Under the pieces are notes generated by a model. It did no database searches and was not told the DNA's origin. It saw only the letters and a program-made list of their open reading frames with translations. From Clostridiales bacterium UBA1775 (lineage in GTDB: Bacteria; Bacillota; Clostridia; Monoglobales; Firm-18), in the NCBI GenBank assembly GCA_002314595.1, contig DCGP01000041.1, forward strand, positions 273 through 64,272: a stretch of 64,000 nucleotides of DNA. The letters run 5' to 3'. This document shows, in pieces, positions 25,878-34,249 of this stretch. Each line of letters begins with the position of its first letter. Within the stretch, counting starts at the first letter, position 1. The position numbers and the translations under genes are program-made.

Positions 25878-26459
25878 TTAGTCGCAAAATGTAAGTGAAT
25901 CCTCTGTAAAGCTTGCAATTTTTGCAAGTGATTCAACCCTAATTCCACTTTCTCTGATTAGGTTACCACCATTTTGGAACACCTTTTCAATAGCAATTGC
26001 ACAGCCTACAATCTCTGCTCCGGATTGCTCACATATACTAATAAGCCCTTTTAGTGCATTGCCAACTGCCAAAAAGTCGTCAATGATAAGAACCTTATCC
26101 TCTTTATTAAGTAATTCCTTGCTTATTATAATGGTCTTTTCAGCCTGTTGTGTATATGAATAAACCTTCGCAGAGTAGACCTCGCCGGAAACGTTAATGG
26201 TCTTTGACTTCTTTGCAAAAACAAAAGGAACCCCTATTTCTAATGCTGCTGCATATGCAATTGGAATCCCAGAGCTTTCAATCGTTACAATCTTGTTTAT
26301 TTCGCTATCTTTATACAAACGAGCAATTTCCTTGCCCATTTCATATACAAACTTACTGTCCACCATGTGATTTAGAAAACTGCCTACCTTCAAAACTTCA
26401 CCCGGTAGCACCTTGCCGTCTTTTAATATCTTTTCTTCTAACGCTTTAATTTTAATCAC
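25878..26459 (-). CDS. xpt: Xanthine phosphoribosyltransferase
   Basis: N-terminus ALEEKILKDGKVLPGEVLKVGSFLNH parallels B. subtilis Xpt. PRPP motif VLIIDDFLAVGNA. The exact start codon is uncertain: the GTG at 26459 lies too close to the SD-like AGAAGG. Confidence 0.9.
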   Translation of the reverse strand: MIKIKALEEKILKDGKVLPGEVLKVGSFLNHMVDSKFVYEMGKEIARLYKDSEINKIVTIESSGIPIAYAAALEIGVPFVFAKKSKTINVSGEVYSAKVYSYTQQAEKTIIISKELLNKEDKVLIIDDFLAVGNALKGLISICEQSGAEIVGCAIAIEKVFQNGGNLIRESGIRVESLAKIASFTEDSLTFCD

Positions 26460-26476
26460 CTTCTAAAAATAACAAC

Positions 26477-26640
26477 AAAAAAACAGGTCTTAATCACAAG
26501 CCTGTTTGTCAATACAACAAAAATCTAATTATAGGAATAATTACATTAGATTGTATCTTTTACCAATAGTCGCAACTTCTGGCGTGCGGTAGAAACTTTC
26601 GGACCAAATAAACCGAATATATATTGACAAAATATTTAAT
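26477..26640 (-). promoter_or_regulatory. Guanine-class purine riboswitch (aptamer 26628-26562) with terminator expression platform (26511-26477)
   Basis: Reverse-strand RNA: GUCAAUA-UAUAUU-CGGUUUAUUUGGUCCGA-AAGUUUCUACC-GCACGCCAGAAGUUGCG-AC-UAUUGGU. J2/3 AAGUUUCUACC is identical to B. subtilis xpt. The discriminator is C in GACUAU (guanine type). Downstream hairpin AACAGGCUU...AAGACCUGUU plus a U7 tract. Confidence 0.88.
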
Positions 26641-26650
26641 TTATACTTAA

Positions 26651-26679
26651 AATATACCACAATTTGTGTTTTATGTCAA
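26651..26679 (-). promoter_or_regulatory. Sigma-A promoter of the xpt riboswitch transcript
   Basis: Reverse strand: TTGACA (26679-26674), 17-nt spacer, TGgTATATT extended -10 (26656-26651). Confidence 0.6.
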
Positions 26680-26826
26680 TATAAATCGACAACATTTTCA
26701 CAAAATGTTATTTTAAACAACTAAACATATTTTTTTGATTTTATTTTATACAAAATCACAAAAGCATATTGAAGAATTTTACTTTTTAGTATATAATAGG
26801 TATATACTCATTTTGGAGGGAAAAAT

Positions 26827-28152
26827 ATGGAATATGTTTTAATAGGTCTTGTGGCAATATGTGTGGTATTGCAAATTATATCATTAACCAAAAAAAGCAG
26901 TGATGATGTGTCATCACTAAAAAAGGACTTTACCGAAAGCCAAAGCCTTTTACGAAGAGAGGTTACTGAAACTGTTAACAATGCAGTTAAAGGCTTGGGC
27001 GAAATTGTTTCAAATAATCAAAAAAGCTTTGCAGAGGAACAAAAGCAAAAGCTTGAAGATATGGACAAATCCATTAACGAAAAGCAAAAGCTGATGAATG
27101 ACAATGTAAAAACTCAAATTGAGCAATTTGGGGAACGGATAAAGCACCTTGACGAAAACAACGAACAAAAGCTTGATGCAATGCGCAAAACTATGGCCGA
27201 AAGCTTAACTCAAATTCGTGAGGACAACAACAAAAAGCTTGACACAATTAAAGAAACCGTTGACGAAAAATTGCAAAAGACACTTGAAGAAAAAATGAAC
27301 AGCTCATTTAAGTTGGTAAGTGAACGATTAGAGCAGGTCTACAAGGGCTTAGGCGAAATGCAGACCATTGCAACAGGTGTTGGGGATTTGAAAAAAGTTC
27401 TTTCCAATGTTAAAACTCGTGGTATTTTAGGTGAAATTCAGCTTGGCGCAATATTAAGTGAGATTTTAAACAAAGACCAGTACGATACAGAGGTTGCAAC
27501 AGTTCCAAACAGCAAAGACCATGTTGAATTTGCTGTTAAATTGCCTGCACAGGACGATGACGGATTTATATATTTGCCAATAGACTCCAAGTTCCCGGGG
27601 GATACATACGCTTCACTTCAAGACGCATACGAAACAGGGGACGCAGATGCAATTAAAACTGCGTACAAAAACTTGGAAACAGTAATTAAAAAGTCTGCAA
27701 AGGACATTCACGACAAGTATATTTGCCCACCAAATACAACAAATTTTGCAATTATGTTCTTGCCCTTTGAAGGGCTATATGCAGAGGTTGTAAATCACGG
27801 ATTGGTTGAGGTTTTACAACGTGATTTTAACATCAATATTGCAGGGCCGTCCACAATGGCTGCAATGCTAAACTCGTTGCAAATGGGATTTAGAACCTTA
27901 CAAATTCAAAAGCAAAGCAACGAGGTTTGGAAGGTTTTAAGTGCAGTTAAAACAGAGTTTGACAAGTTTGAAAGTGCTTTTGAAACTGCTCAAAAGCGTA
28001 TTCAATTACTTGATGCAGATATGGAAAAGCTTGTGGGAACTCGCACAAGAGCAATCCAAAGAAAATTGCGTGGTGTCCAAGATATTAGCACGATAGAATC
28101 CGAACAAATCATTGACACAGATGTAATTGAAACAGAAGAGGATAGTGAATAA
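26827..28152 (+). CDS. rmuC: DNA recombination protein RmuC
   Basis: N-terminal TM segment, a long coiled-coil, and a C-terminal RmuC nuclease-like region (...GILGEIQLGAIL..., FAIMFLPFEGLYAE). GGAGGG RBS. Confidence 0.85.
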   Translation: MEYVLIGLVAICVVLQIISLTKKSSDDVSSLKKDFTESQSLLRREVTETVNNAVKGLGEIVSNNQKSFAEEQKQKLEDMDKSINEKQKLMNDNVKTQIEQFGERIKHLDENNEQKLDAMRKTMAESLTQIREDNNKKLDTIKETVDEKLQKTLEEKMNSSFKLVSERLEQVYKGLGEMQTIATGVGDLKKVLSNVKTRGILGEIQLGAILSEILNKDQYDTEVATVPNSKDHVEFAVKLPAQDDDGFIYLPIDSKFPGDTYASLQDAYETGDADAIKTAYKNLETVIKKSAKDIHDKYICPPNTTNFAIMFLPFEGLYAEVVNHGLVEVLQRDFNINIAGPSTMAAMLNSLQMGFRTLQIQKQSNEVWKVLSAVKTEFDKFESAFETAQKRIQLLDADMEKLVGTRTRAIQRKLRGVQDISTIESEQIIDTDVIETEEDSE

Positions 28153-28157
28153 AATAA

Positions 28158-28194
28158 AAAGAGAAGTAAAATAACTATTTTACTTCTCTTTTAT
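28158..28194 (+). terminator. Intrinsic terminator of rmuC
   Basis: 13-bp stem AGAGAAGTAAAAT (28160-28172) / ATTTTACTTCTCT (28177-28189), then a T-tract. Confidence 0.8.
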
Positions 28195-28342
28195 TATAAC
28201 TTGACATTTAAAAATATTATATGTTGTATAAATGGAGGGTTAATTATGAGTATCACAAAAGCTAATGTTTCGTTTTGCAAGGCAAATTAGGTAATGTTAG
28301 TCATAATGTTGTTTATAAGGTTTCGTATCAAAAGTTGAGGTA

Positions 28343-28371
28343 TTGTAAATGATTTTGGTTAATGGTATAAT
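28343..28371 (+). promoter_or_regulatory. Sigma-A promoter of the Lrp/alpha-CTD operon
   Basis: TTGTAA (28343-28348), 17-nt spacer, TGgTATAAT extended -10 (28366-28371). Confidence 0.5.
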
Positions 28372-28421
28372 AGTTTTGATGATAAAAGAATGCATGCACT
28401 TTTTGAATCGGGAGGTATTAT

Positions 28422-28877
28422 ATGTATATAAATGGAATTGACGAAAAAGATAATCAAATAATAAATTTGCTGAGAGAAAATTCCAAAATGACTACAACCG
28501 AAATCGGTAAAAGAGTTAATCTTTCAAGAACGGCTGTAAAAAATAGAATTACGGAATTAGAAAGAAAAGGGATTATTAAAGGATATTCTATTAGAATATG
28601 TACTGATTCATTACCTCAAATGATGACATTTATAACAACAATTGAAACAGAGCCGAACTCTTTCGACAAAGTGGCAGAGTATCTCAAAAACAATCCGTAT
28701 GTCGTTACATTGTGCCAAGTTTCAGGAGAATGCTCTTTAGAGGCGATATGTGTTGCAGAAAGCATTGAAGAAATGCGATATTTTGCAAAGAAGCTCCGTA
28801 ATGAAAACATTGGTCTAAGGCGATTATCGGCAGTGAATGTTTGGGAGGTCATGAAAGGAAGTGTTTTGCCGTATTAA
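28422..28877 (+). CDS. Lrp/AsnC-family transcriptional regulator
   Basis: AsnC-type HTH MTTTEIGKRVNLSRTAVKNRITELERKGIIKGY plus a C-terminal RAM-like domain. GGGAGG RBS. Confidence 0.85.
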   Translation: MYINGIDEKDNQIINLLRENSKMTTTEIGKRVNLSRTAVKNRITELERKGIIKGYSIRICTDSLPQMMTFITTIETEPNSFDKVAEYLKNNPYVVTLCQVSGECSLEAICVAESIEEMRYFAKKLRNENIGLRRLSAVNVWEVMKGSVLPY

Positions 28878-28889
28878 GGAGTATGTATT

Positions 28890-29252
28890 ATGAACAATCA
28901 AAAAAATGCTAAAGATTTATTAGAAAATGCAACCAAGTATGGACTTGTGGAAACATTATATGAGAATTTCAAATGTAATTTTAAGGTTAGAATCCCGTTT
29001 TCCGATAAATCATTTGAAACATCAATAGATAATTTGGATTTTTCAATTAGGTCATCAAATGCATTAAAAAGAGGTGGACTAATGAAAGTTGGAGATGTTG
29101 TTGATGCAATTGAAACCGGTTCATTATTGAAAATTAGAAATTTAGGTAGAAAGAGCTATAACGAAATAAAAACAAAAATCTTGATTTTTGGATATAATGA
29201 TTTATCAGAACAGGAAAAATACACATTTTGGGGAACAGTATCAAACAATTAG
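28890..29252 (+). CDS. Free-standing RNA polymerase alpha-subunit C-terminal-domain (alpha-CTD) paralogue
   Basis: Residues ~46-105, IDNLDFSIRSSNALKRGGLMKVGDVVDAIETGSLLKIRNLGRKSYNEIKTKI, align with the E. coli RpoA CTD [51 protein letters not shown]. Equivalents of R265, N268, G296, K298 and S299 are retained. AAGGAG RBS, 13 nt after the Lrp stop. Confidence 0.75.
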   Translation: MNNQKNAKDLLENATKYGLVETLYENFKCNFKVRIPFSDKSFETSIDNLDFSIRSSNALKRGGLMKVGDVVDAIETGSLLKIRNLGRKSYNEIKTKILIFGYNDLSEQEKYTFWGTVSNN

Positions 29253-29272
29253 TATTTCTATCTTTATGGAAT

Positions 29273-29308
29273 AAGGCGATTGACGACAGTTAATCGTCTT
29301 ATTTTTTG
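29273..29308 (+). terminator. Intrinsic terminator of the Lrp/alpha-CTD operon
   Basis: Stem AAGGCGATT (29273-29281) / AATCGTCTT (29292-29300, one G-U pair), then ATTTTTT. Confidence 0.65.
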
Positions 29309-29365
29309 CTCAAAATATAATAAAAAGCGACCTTGCTGACTTGATAAATTGGAAATTAGTCTAAA

Positions 29366-29400
29366 CACAAAAAGGGATTCGTTAAAAACGAATCCCTTAA
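29366..29400. terminator. Hairpin terminator downstream of pckG
   Basis: 11-bp stem AGGGATTCGTT (29373-29383) / AACGAATCCCT (29387-29397), with an A-run on the plus strand (a T-run on the pckG strand). Confidence 0.7.
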
Positions 29401-29419
29401 TTTTATTTTGCAATACTAA

Positions 29420-31168
29420 TTATTTATTAAGTCTTGCTTCTAATGCTTTTAGTTGTTCTGCAAGTTCAGCAGGAAGTCTGTCAAAGCCGGCATATAATTC
29501 CTTAATTTGTCTAACTTCGTCAAGCCATACTTCTTTGTCAACCTTTAATAGTTCTTCCCAATCAGCATCGCTGATGTCAAGACCGTCTGTGATAAGGTCT
29601 TCTCTCTTTGGAAGGTAACCGATTGGTGATTCAACAGCATCAGCCTTGCCTTCGCAACGGTCTAAAATCCAAAGTAGAACACGCATATTATCACCGAAAC
29701 CAGGCCATAAGAACTTGCCATCGTCGCTCTTTCTAAACCAGTTTGTGTTGAAGATTTTAGGTGGGTTAGAAATCTTCTTACCCATTTCAATCCAATGAGC
29801 GAAGTAATCACCAACGTTGTAACCGATAAATGGTTTCATAGCCATTGGGTCACGTCTTACAACACCTACAGCACCTGCTGCAGCTGCTGTTGTTTCGGAA
29901 GCCATTGTTGAACCGATGAATACACCGTGGTTCCAATCAAATGATTGATATACAAGGGGAGCAGTCTTAGCACGTCTGCCACCGAAGATAATAGCGCTGA
30001 TAGGAACACCTGCAGGGTTTTCAAATTCTGAAGAGATGCATGGGCATTGCTTTGCAGGAGCTGTAAATCTTGAATTAGGATGTGCAGCCTTTTCTGCTGA
30101 GTCTGATGTCCATTCTCTGCCTTGCCAATCCAAGCAATGTGCAGGAGTTTCGTCATCGTGACCTTCCCACCATACTGTGTTGTCATCACGAAGTGCAACG
30201 TTTGTAAAGATTGTATTGCTCATTGTTGTTAATAGAGCATTCTTGTTTGTTTTTGAACTTGTACCCGGAGCAACACCAAAGAAGCCTGCCTCAGGGTTAA
30301 TTGCCCATAGACGTCCGTCAGGACCTACTCTTAACCAAGCGATATCGTCGCCGACTGTCCAAACTTTGTAGCCTTCCAATTCTTTTGGTGGAATAAGCAT
30401 AGCAAGGTTTGTCTTACCACAAGCACTTGGGAATGCAGCAGATACGTACTTAATATCACCCTTAGGATTTTGAAGACCTAAGATAAGCATATGTTCAGCC
30501 ATCCAGCCTTCGTTCTTACCTAAGAAGCTTGCGATACGTAGAGCAAAGCACTTTTTACCAAGTAGTACGTTACCACCGTATGCTGAGTTGATTGACCAGA
30601 TTGTGTTATCTTCCGGGAATTGAACGATGTATCTTTCTTCCGGATTAACATCTGCTGTACAGTGTAGGCACTTTGTGAAGTCGCCTTTTTCACTTAATTC
30701 TTCCCAAGCGATGTTACCCATACGAGTCATAATGTTCATATTAAGAACCACGTAGATACTATCTGTAATTTCAATACCTACCTTTGAGAAAGGAGACTTT
30801 GCAGGACCCATAATAAATGGGATAATATACATTGTTCTGCCTTTCATAGAGTTTGTGAAGAGTTTAGTAAGCTTTGCATACATTTCTTTTGGGTCCATCC
30901 AGTTATTTGTTGGGCCTGCCTCTTCTTTAGTTTTTGCACAAATGAAAGTTCTGTCTTCAACACGTGCAACGTCGTTTGCAGCTGTACGGTGAAGTAAGCA
31001 ACCAGGAAGCTTTTCTTGGTCAAGAGGTATCATTGTTCCTTCTTCAATACCTTGCTTTTTAAGAGCATTGATTTGTTCATCAGAACCATCAATCCAGACT
31101 ACTTTGTCAGGGTTTAGCATAGCTTTCATTTCTTCAATCCATGCTAATGCCTTTTTGTTATCTGTCAT
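29420..31168 (-). CDS. pckG: Phosphoenolpyruvate carboxykinase (GTP)
   Basis: 582 aa. GTP-PEPCK kinase-1a motif FPSACGKTN. AAGGAGG RBS. Confidence 0.95.
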   Translation of the reverse strand: MTDNKKALAWIEEMKAMLNPDKVVWIDGSDEQINALKKQGIEEGTMIPLDQEKLPGCLLHRTAANDVARVEDRTFICAKTKEEAGPTNNWMDPKEMYAKLTKLFTNSMKGRTMYIIPFIMGPAKSPFSKVGIEITDSIYVVLNMNIMTRMGNIAWEELSEKGDFTKCLHCTADVNPEERYIVQFPEDNTIWSINSAYGGNVLLGKKCFALRIASFLGKNEGWMAEHMLILGLQNPKGDIKYVSAAFPSACGKTNLAMLIPPKELEGYKVWTVGDDIAWLRVGPDGRLWAINPEAGFFGVAPGTSSKTNKNALLTTMSNTIFTNVALRDDNTVWWEGHDDETPAHCLDWQGREWTSDSAEKAAHPNSRFTAPAKQCPCISSEFENPAGVPISAIIFGGRRAKTAPLVYQSFDWNHGVFIGSTMASETTAAAAGAVGVVRRDPMAMKPFIGYNVGDYFAHWIEMGKKISNPPKIFNTNWFRKSDDGKFLWPGFGDNMRVLLWILDRCEGKADAVESPIGYLPKREDLITDGLDISDADWEELLKVDKEVWLDEVRQIKELYAGFDRLPAELAEQLKALEARLNK

Positions 31169-31236
31169 TTCATTTTCCTCCTTATATAAAAACTTTAATT
31201 TATTATTTCGTAAAAATCCAACTTACGACATATACC

Positions 31237-31264
31237 ATTATACTACAAATTTTAGATTTTGCAA
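31237..31264 (-). promoter_or_regulatory. Candidate sigma-A promoter for pckG
   Basis: Reverse strand: TTGCAA (31264-31259), 16-nt spacer, TATAAT (31242-31237). Confidence 0.4.
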
Positions 31265-31269
31265 ATACT

Positions 31270-32115
31270 TTATTCAAATTTTTCAGAAATTTGTATAAAT
31301 TGACATAAATCCAACTGTTCTCCACGTATTTTTTCACTACCTGTTACAGACAAAACTGTGTTTTTAATAAATTCTTTGTCCTTGCCTAATGTGGAAAGTG
31401 CATTTACCAAGGTTTTACGTCTTTGTCCAAAGGCTGCCTTAATAACTTTAAACAACATTTTTTCGTTTAAAACCTTTGGTTTTACGTGGTTTTTAATATC
31501 CATACGAATAATTGCAGAGGTTACCCTTGGAGGTGGCATAAAGCATTCGGGAGCAACTATTCTGATAATTTCAGGGTCGGAATAATACTGAACTGCAAGG
31601 GAAATTGCACCATATTCCTTGGTTCCTGCCTCTGCACACAGACGGTCTGCAACCTCCTTTTGAATCATTACAGTTATAGACTCTAATGGTAAATCCTCTT
31701 CTAAAAATTTCATAATTAGTGGTGTTGTAATGTAATAGGGCAAGTTTGCCACAACTACAACAGGCATACCTTTAAGGTGTTCCTCTATAATCTGTTTTAG
31801 GTCTATCTTTAAAGCATCACCTTGGATAATTGTTACGTTGTCATAAGCAATAAAGGCATCGTGCAAATATGAAGCTATGCTACGGTCAAGCTCGATTGCA
31901 ACCACCTTGCCTGCAACCCTTGAAAGCTCTGCCGTAAGTGTTCCGATACCGGGACCTACCTCAATAACTCCGTACCTTTCGTCTATGCCGGAAGCATCCA
32001 CGGCACAGTCTACAACAGATTTATCTATCAAGAAATTTTGCCCTAATGATTTATTAAATTTAACGCCCAAGCCATTCATAATGGCTTTAATTGTTTCCGG
32101 ATTAGTTAATTCCAT
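31270..32115 (-). CDS. rsmA: 16S rRNA (adenine1518/1519-N6)-dimethyltransferase
   Basis: LGQNFL, the SAM motif EVGPGIGTLT, and NLPYYITTP. Confidence 0.9.
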   Translation of the reverse strand: MELTNPETIKAIMNGLGVKFNKSLGQNFLIDKSVVDCAVDASGIDERYGVIEVGPGIGTLTAELSRVAGKVVAIELDRSIASYLHDAFIAYDNVTIIQGDALKIDLKQIIEEHLKGMPVVVVANLPYYITTPLIMKFLEEDLPLESITVMIQKEVADRLCAEAGTKEYGAISLAVQYYSDPEIIRIVAPECFMPPPRVTSAIIRMDIKNHVKPKVLNEKMLFKVIKAAFGQRRKTLVNALSTLGKDKEFIKNTVLSVTGSEKIRGEQLDLCQFIQISEKFE

Positions 32116-32302
32116 TTTATCAACCCCAATCTTTATTATTGTACCACAATTTTTCTACATATTCAATATATTATAAAGTTGAAAATTTGCATATTTGCAT
32201 TTTTATTTTAGAATTTAATAAAATTTAGCTTACAAATAAATAAAACTATTGCCATACAGCACTAATATATGTTATACTGTAATTAGGAAATGGGGTTTGC
32301 AA

Positions 32303-32725
32303 ATGAAAAGAATGTTGGGAATTGATTTCGGCGTTGCAAGAACAGGCATTGCCGTGTCCGACCCACTTGGAATGATGGCTCAGGGAGTAGGCACAATCCA
32401 TTCAGGAAAAATTGATAAGGTGGCACAGCAAATATGCGACTATGTTAAGGAATATGATGCAGATACAATAGTTGTTGGCTTGCCTAAAAATATGGATAAC
32501 TCTGTTGGTGAACGTGGCCGGGCTTGCATAGAATTTGGCGATTTACTAAAAGAAATGACAAATTGTCAGGTTGTTATGTGGGACGAAAGGCTTTCCACAG
32601 TTAGTGCCCACGGCTTTTTAAACGAAACAAACACTCGTGGCAAAAAGCGTAAGGCTGTTGTTGATACAGTTGCAGCAACCATTATTTTACAAAATTATAT
32701 GGATTTTAAAATAAAGAAAGGATGA
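32303..32725 (+). CDS. ruvX: Holliday-junction-resolvase-like nuclease RuvX/YqgF
   Basis: MKRMLGIDFGVARTGIAVSD. Start moved to the ATG at 32303; the track ORF starts at an upstream TTG. Confidence 0.9.
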   Translation: MKRMLGIDFGVARTGIAVSDPLGMMAQGVGTIHSGKIDKVAQQICDYVKEYDADTIVVGLPKNMDNSVGERGRACIEFGDLLKEMTNCQVVMWDERLSTVSAHGFLNETNTRGKKRKAVVDTVAATIILQNYMDFKIKKG

Positions 32726-32731
32726 TTTATT

Positions 32732-33040
32732 ATGGCAGATAAATTTAATGAAGAAAACAACGAAGAATTGGACAACATTATTGAACTAACAGATGAAGAA
32801 ACAGGGGAAACAGTTCCTTTTGAACATCTTGACACAGTTGAAATGGACGGCCACACATACTTTGTTTTAACAGAATTTTTTGAGGAAGAAACAGAGGAAA
32901 GCGACATCTACATTATGACTATCGTTACAAATGATGACGGTAGCGAAACATTGGAAATCGTTGAGGACCAAGCAACAGTTATGAAGGTTTTTGAAGAATT
33001 TAAAACTCGTTGCGACGGCGAATTTGATTTTGTAGAATAA
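32732..33040 (+). CDS. DUF1292-family acidic small protein
   Basis: Highly acidic, 102 aa, with DEETGETVPFEHLDTVEMDGHTYFVL. It follows ruvX, the usual Firmicute arrangement. Confidence 0.75.
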   Translation: MADKFNEENNEELDNIIELTDEETGETVPFEHLDTVEMDGHTYFVLTEFFEEETEESDIYIMTIVTNDDGSETLEIVEDQATVMKVFEEFKTRCDGEFDFVE

Positions 33041-33053
33041 TTTTTTAAAAATA

Positions 33054-33082
33054 TTGATTTTTTAATAATTATAGCATATAAT
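33054..33082 (+). promoter_or_regulatory. Sigma-A promoter of the 6S RNA candidate
   Basis: TTGATT (33054-33059), 17-nt spacer, consensus TATAAT (33077-33082). Confidence 0.6.
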
Positions 33083-33089
33083 ATTATTA

Positions 33090-33285
33090 ACAAGTCAAAT
33101 CCCTGATGTGTTCGTGATTATTTTCACGTATTTATAACCAACAGATTTATAAAAGGGAACTTAATCTCCGAAGGCTGCGTGTATGCTCAAATTTATTTGA
33201 GAAACCCATAACCCTTTGGGACGTACCCACCTGCTGAAGCAGGTTGTAAATTAGGAATCACACGGCACCTTGGGGTAAATTAAAA
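33090..33285 (+). ncRNA. ssrS: 6S RNA (SsrS) candidate; ends approximate
   Basis: The 5' arm AAAUCCCUGAUGUGUUCGUGAUU can pair with the 3' arm AAUCACACGGCACCUUGGGGUAAAUU to give a long closing helix. An internal GUACCCACCUGCUGAAGCAGGU hairpin sits on the 3' side of the central region, as in Bacillus/E. coli 6S RNAs. No ORF. It has its own promoter and terminator. Confidence 0.7.
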
Positions 33286-33287
33286 AT

Positions 33288-33320
33288 TTGTGCTGTAAAT
33301 ATTTTTTACAGCACTTTTTT
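33288..33320 (+). terminator. Intrinsic terminator after the 6S RNA candidate
   Basis: Stem GTGCTGTAA (33290-33298) / TTACAGCAC (33306-33314) followed by TTTTTT. Confidence 0.75.
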
Positions 33321-33344
33321 ATGTAATTTTAAAGGAAGATTGTT

Positions 33345-34247
33345 ATGAAGGTTATTACTTTAACACTTAACCCCGCTTTTGACATTCATTACAAAATTGA
33401 AAATTTTAAGCCCTATACGGAAAACTATATTGCCGATATACTTGCCCAAAGTGGCGGAAAGGGTGTTAATATTTCCAGGGCTTTAAATATTGCAAGGGTT
33501 GAAAACACTGCATACATTGTAGTAGGTGAAAAGGATAAGGAAGAATTTTTATCGGGTATAGACCTAAATGCAAAATACTTTTACGAGGCTGTCAACATTC
33601 GCAGGAATATCACTATTCACAGTGATAACCAGCCTGAAACTCGTTTTAGTATGGATAATTTTGCCTTGTCTGACAAGGTGTTTGCCCAAGTTTCAAAATG
33701 CCTGCTTACAGAGTGCGACAAAAATACAATTTTAACCTTTACAGGCAGAATTCCAAAGGGAATTGAAAAAGAAAAGATTGTTAATTTACTGATAAAATTA
33801 AAGGAACAGGGTGTTAAAACAGTCATTGACAGTAACTCACTTACAAAAGATGAAATATTTTTAATTAAACCTTGGCTAATAAAGCCAAATTCATACGAAT
33901 TTGAAAGCATTTTTGGTGGCGATATTTCAAAAGTCCATCAATTATGTGAAATGGGAATTGAAAATGTAATAGTCAGTTTAGAGGAAAAGGGGGTTGTATT
34001 CTCCAACGGAAAAGGCACAATTTCTGTTGTTCCTCCCACTGTTAATGTTGTATCGTCAATCGGTGCAGGGGACAGCCTTATAGCCGGTTTTATATATGGA
34101 TTTGTAAATGGCAGGTCTGTAACCGACACTGTAAAATATGCAGTTGCATTTGGCACATCTGCCTGCTTAACTGATGGTACAAGCCCACCTATATTTAAAG
34201 ATATTAACAACATTTTTGAAAGAACAAAAGTAAAAGGAGATTTATAA
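33345..34247 (+). CDS. PfkB-family sugar(-phosphate) kinase (1-phosphofructokinase / tagatose-6-P kinase subfamily)
   Basis: MKVITLTLNPAFD..., GGKGVNISRAL, and the C-terminal GAGDS motif (IGAGDSLIAGF). Confidence 0.8.
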   Translation: MKVITLTLNPAFDIHYKIENFKPYTENYIADILAQSGGKGVNISRALNIARVENTAYIVVGEKDKEEFLSGIDLNAKYFYEAVNIRRNITIHSDNQPETRFSMDNFALSDKVFAQVSKCLLTECDKNTILTFTGRIPKGIEKEKIVNLLIKLKEQGVKTVIDSNSLTKDEIFLIKPWLIKPNSYEFESIFGGDISKVHQLCEMGIENVIVSLEEKGVVFSNGKGTISVVPPTVNVVSSIGAGDSLIAGFIYGFVNGRSVTDTVKYAVAFGTSACLTDGTSPPIFKDINNIFERTKVKGDL

Positions 34248-34249
34248 AA

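Noticed and set aside
29349-29618. 89-aa plus-strand ORF at the pckG 3' end.
   Set aside because: It overlaps the pckG terminator and the well-conserved C-terminus of PEP carboxykinase on the opposite strand. Its sequence is Ser/Leu-rich and low-complexity, with no RBS.
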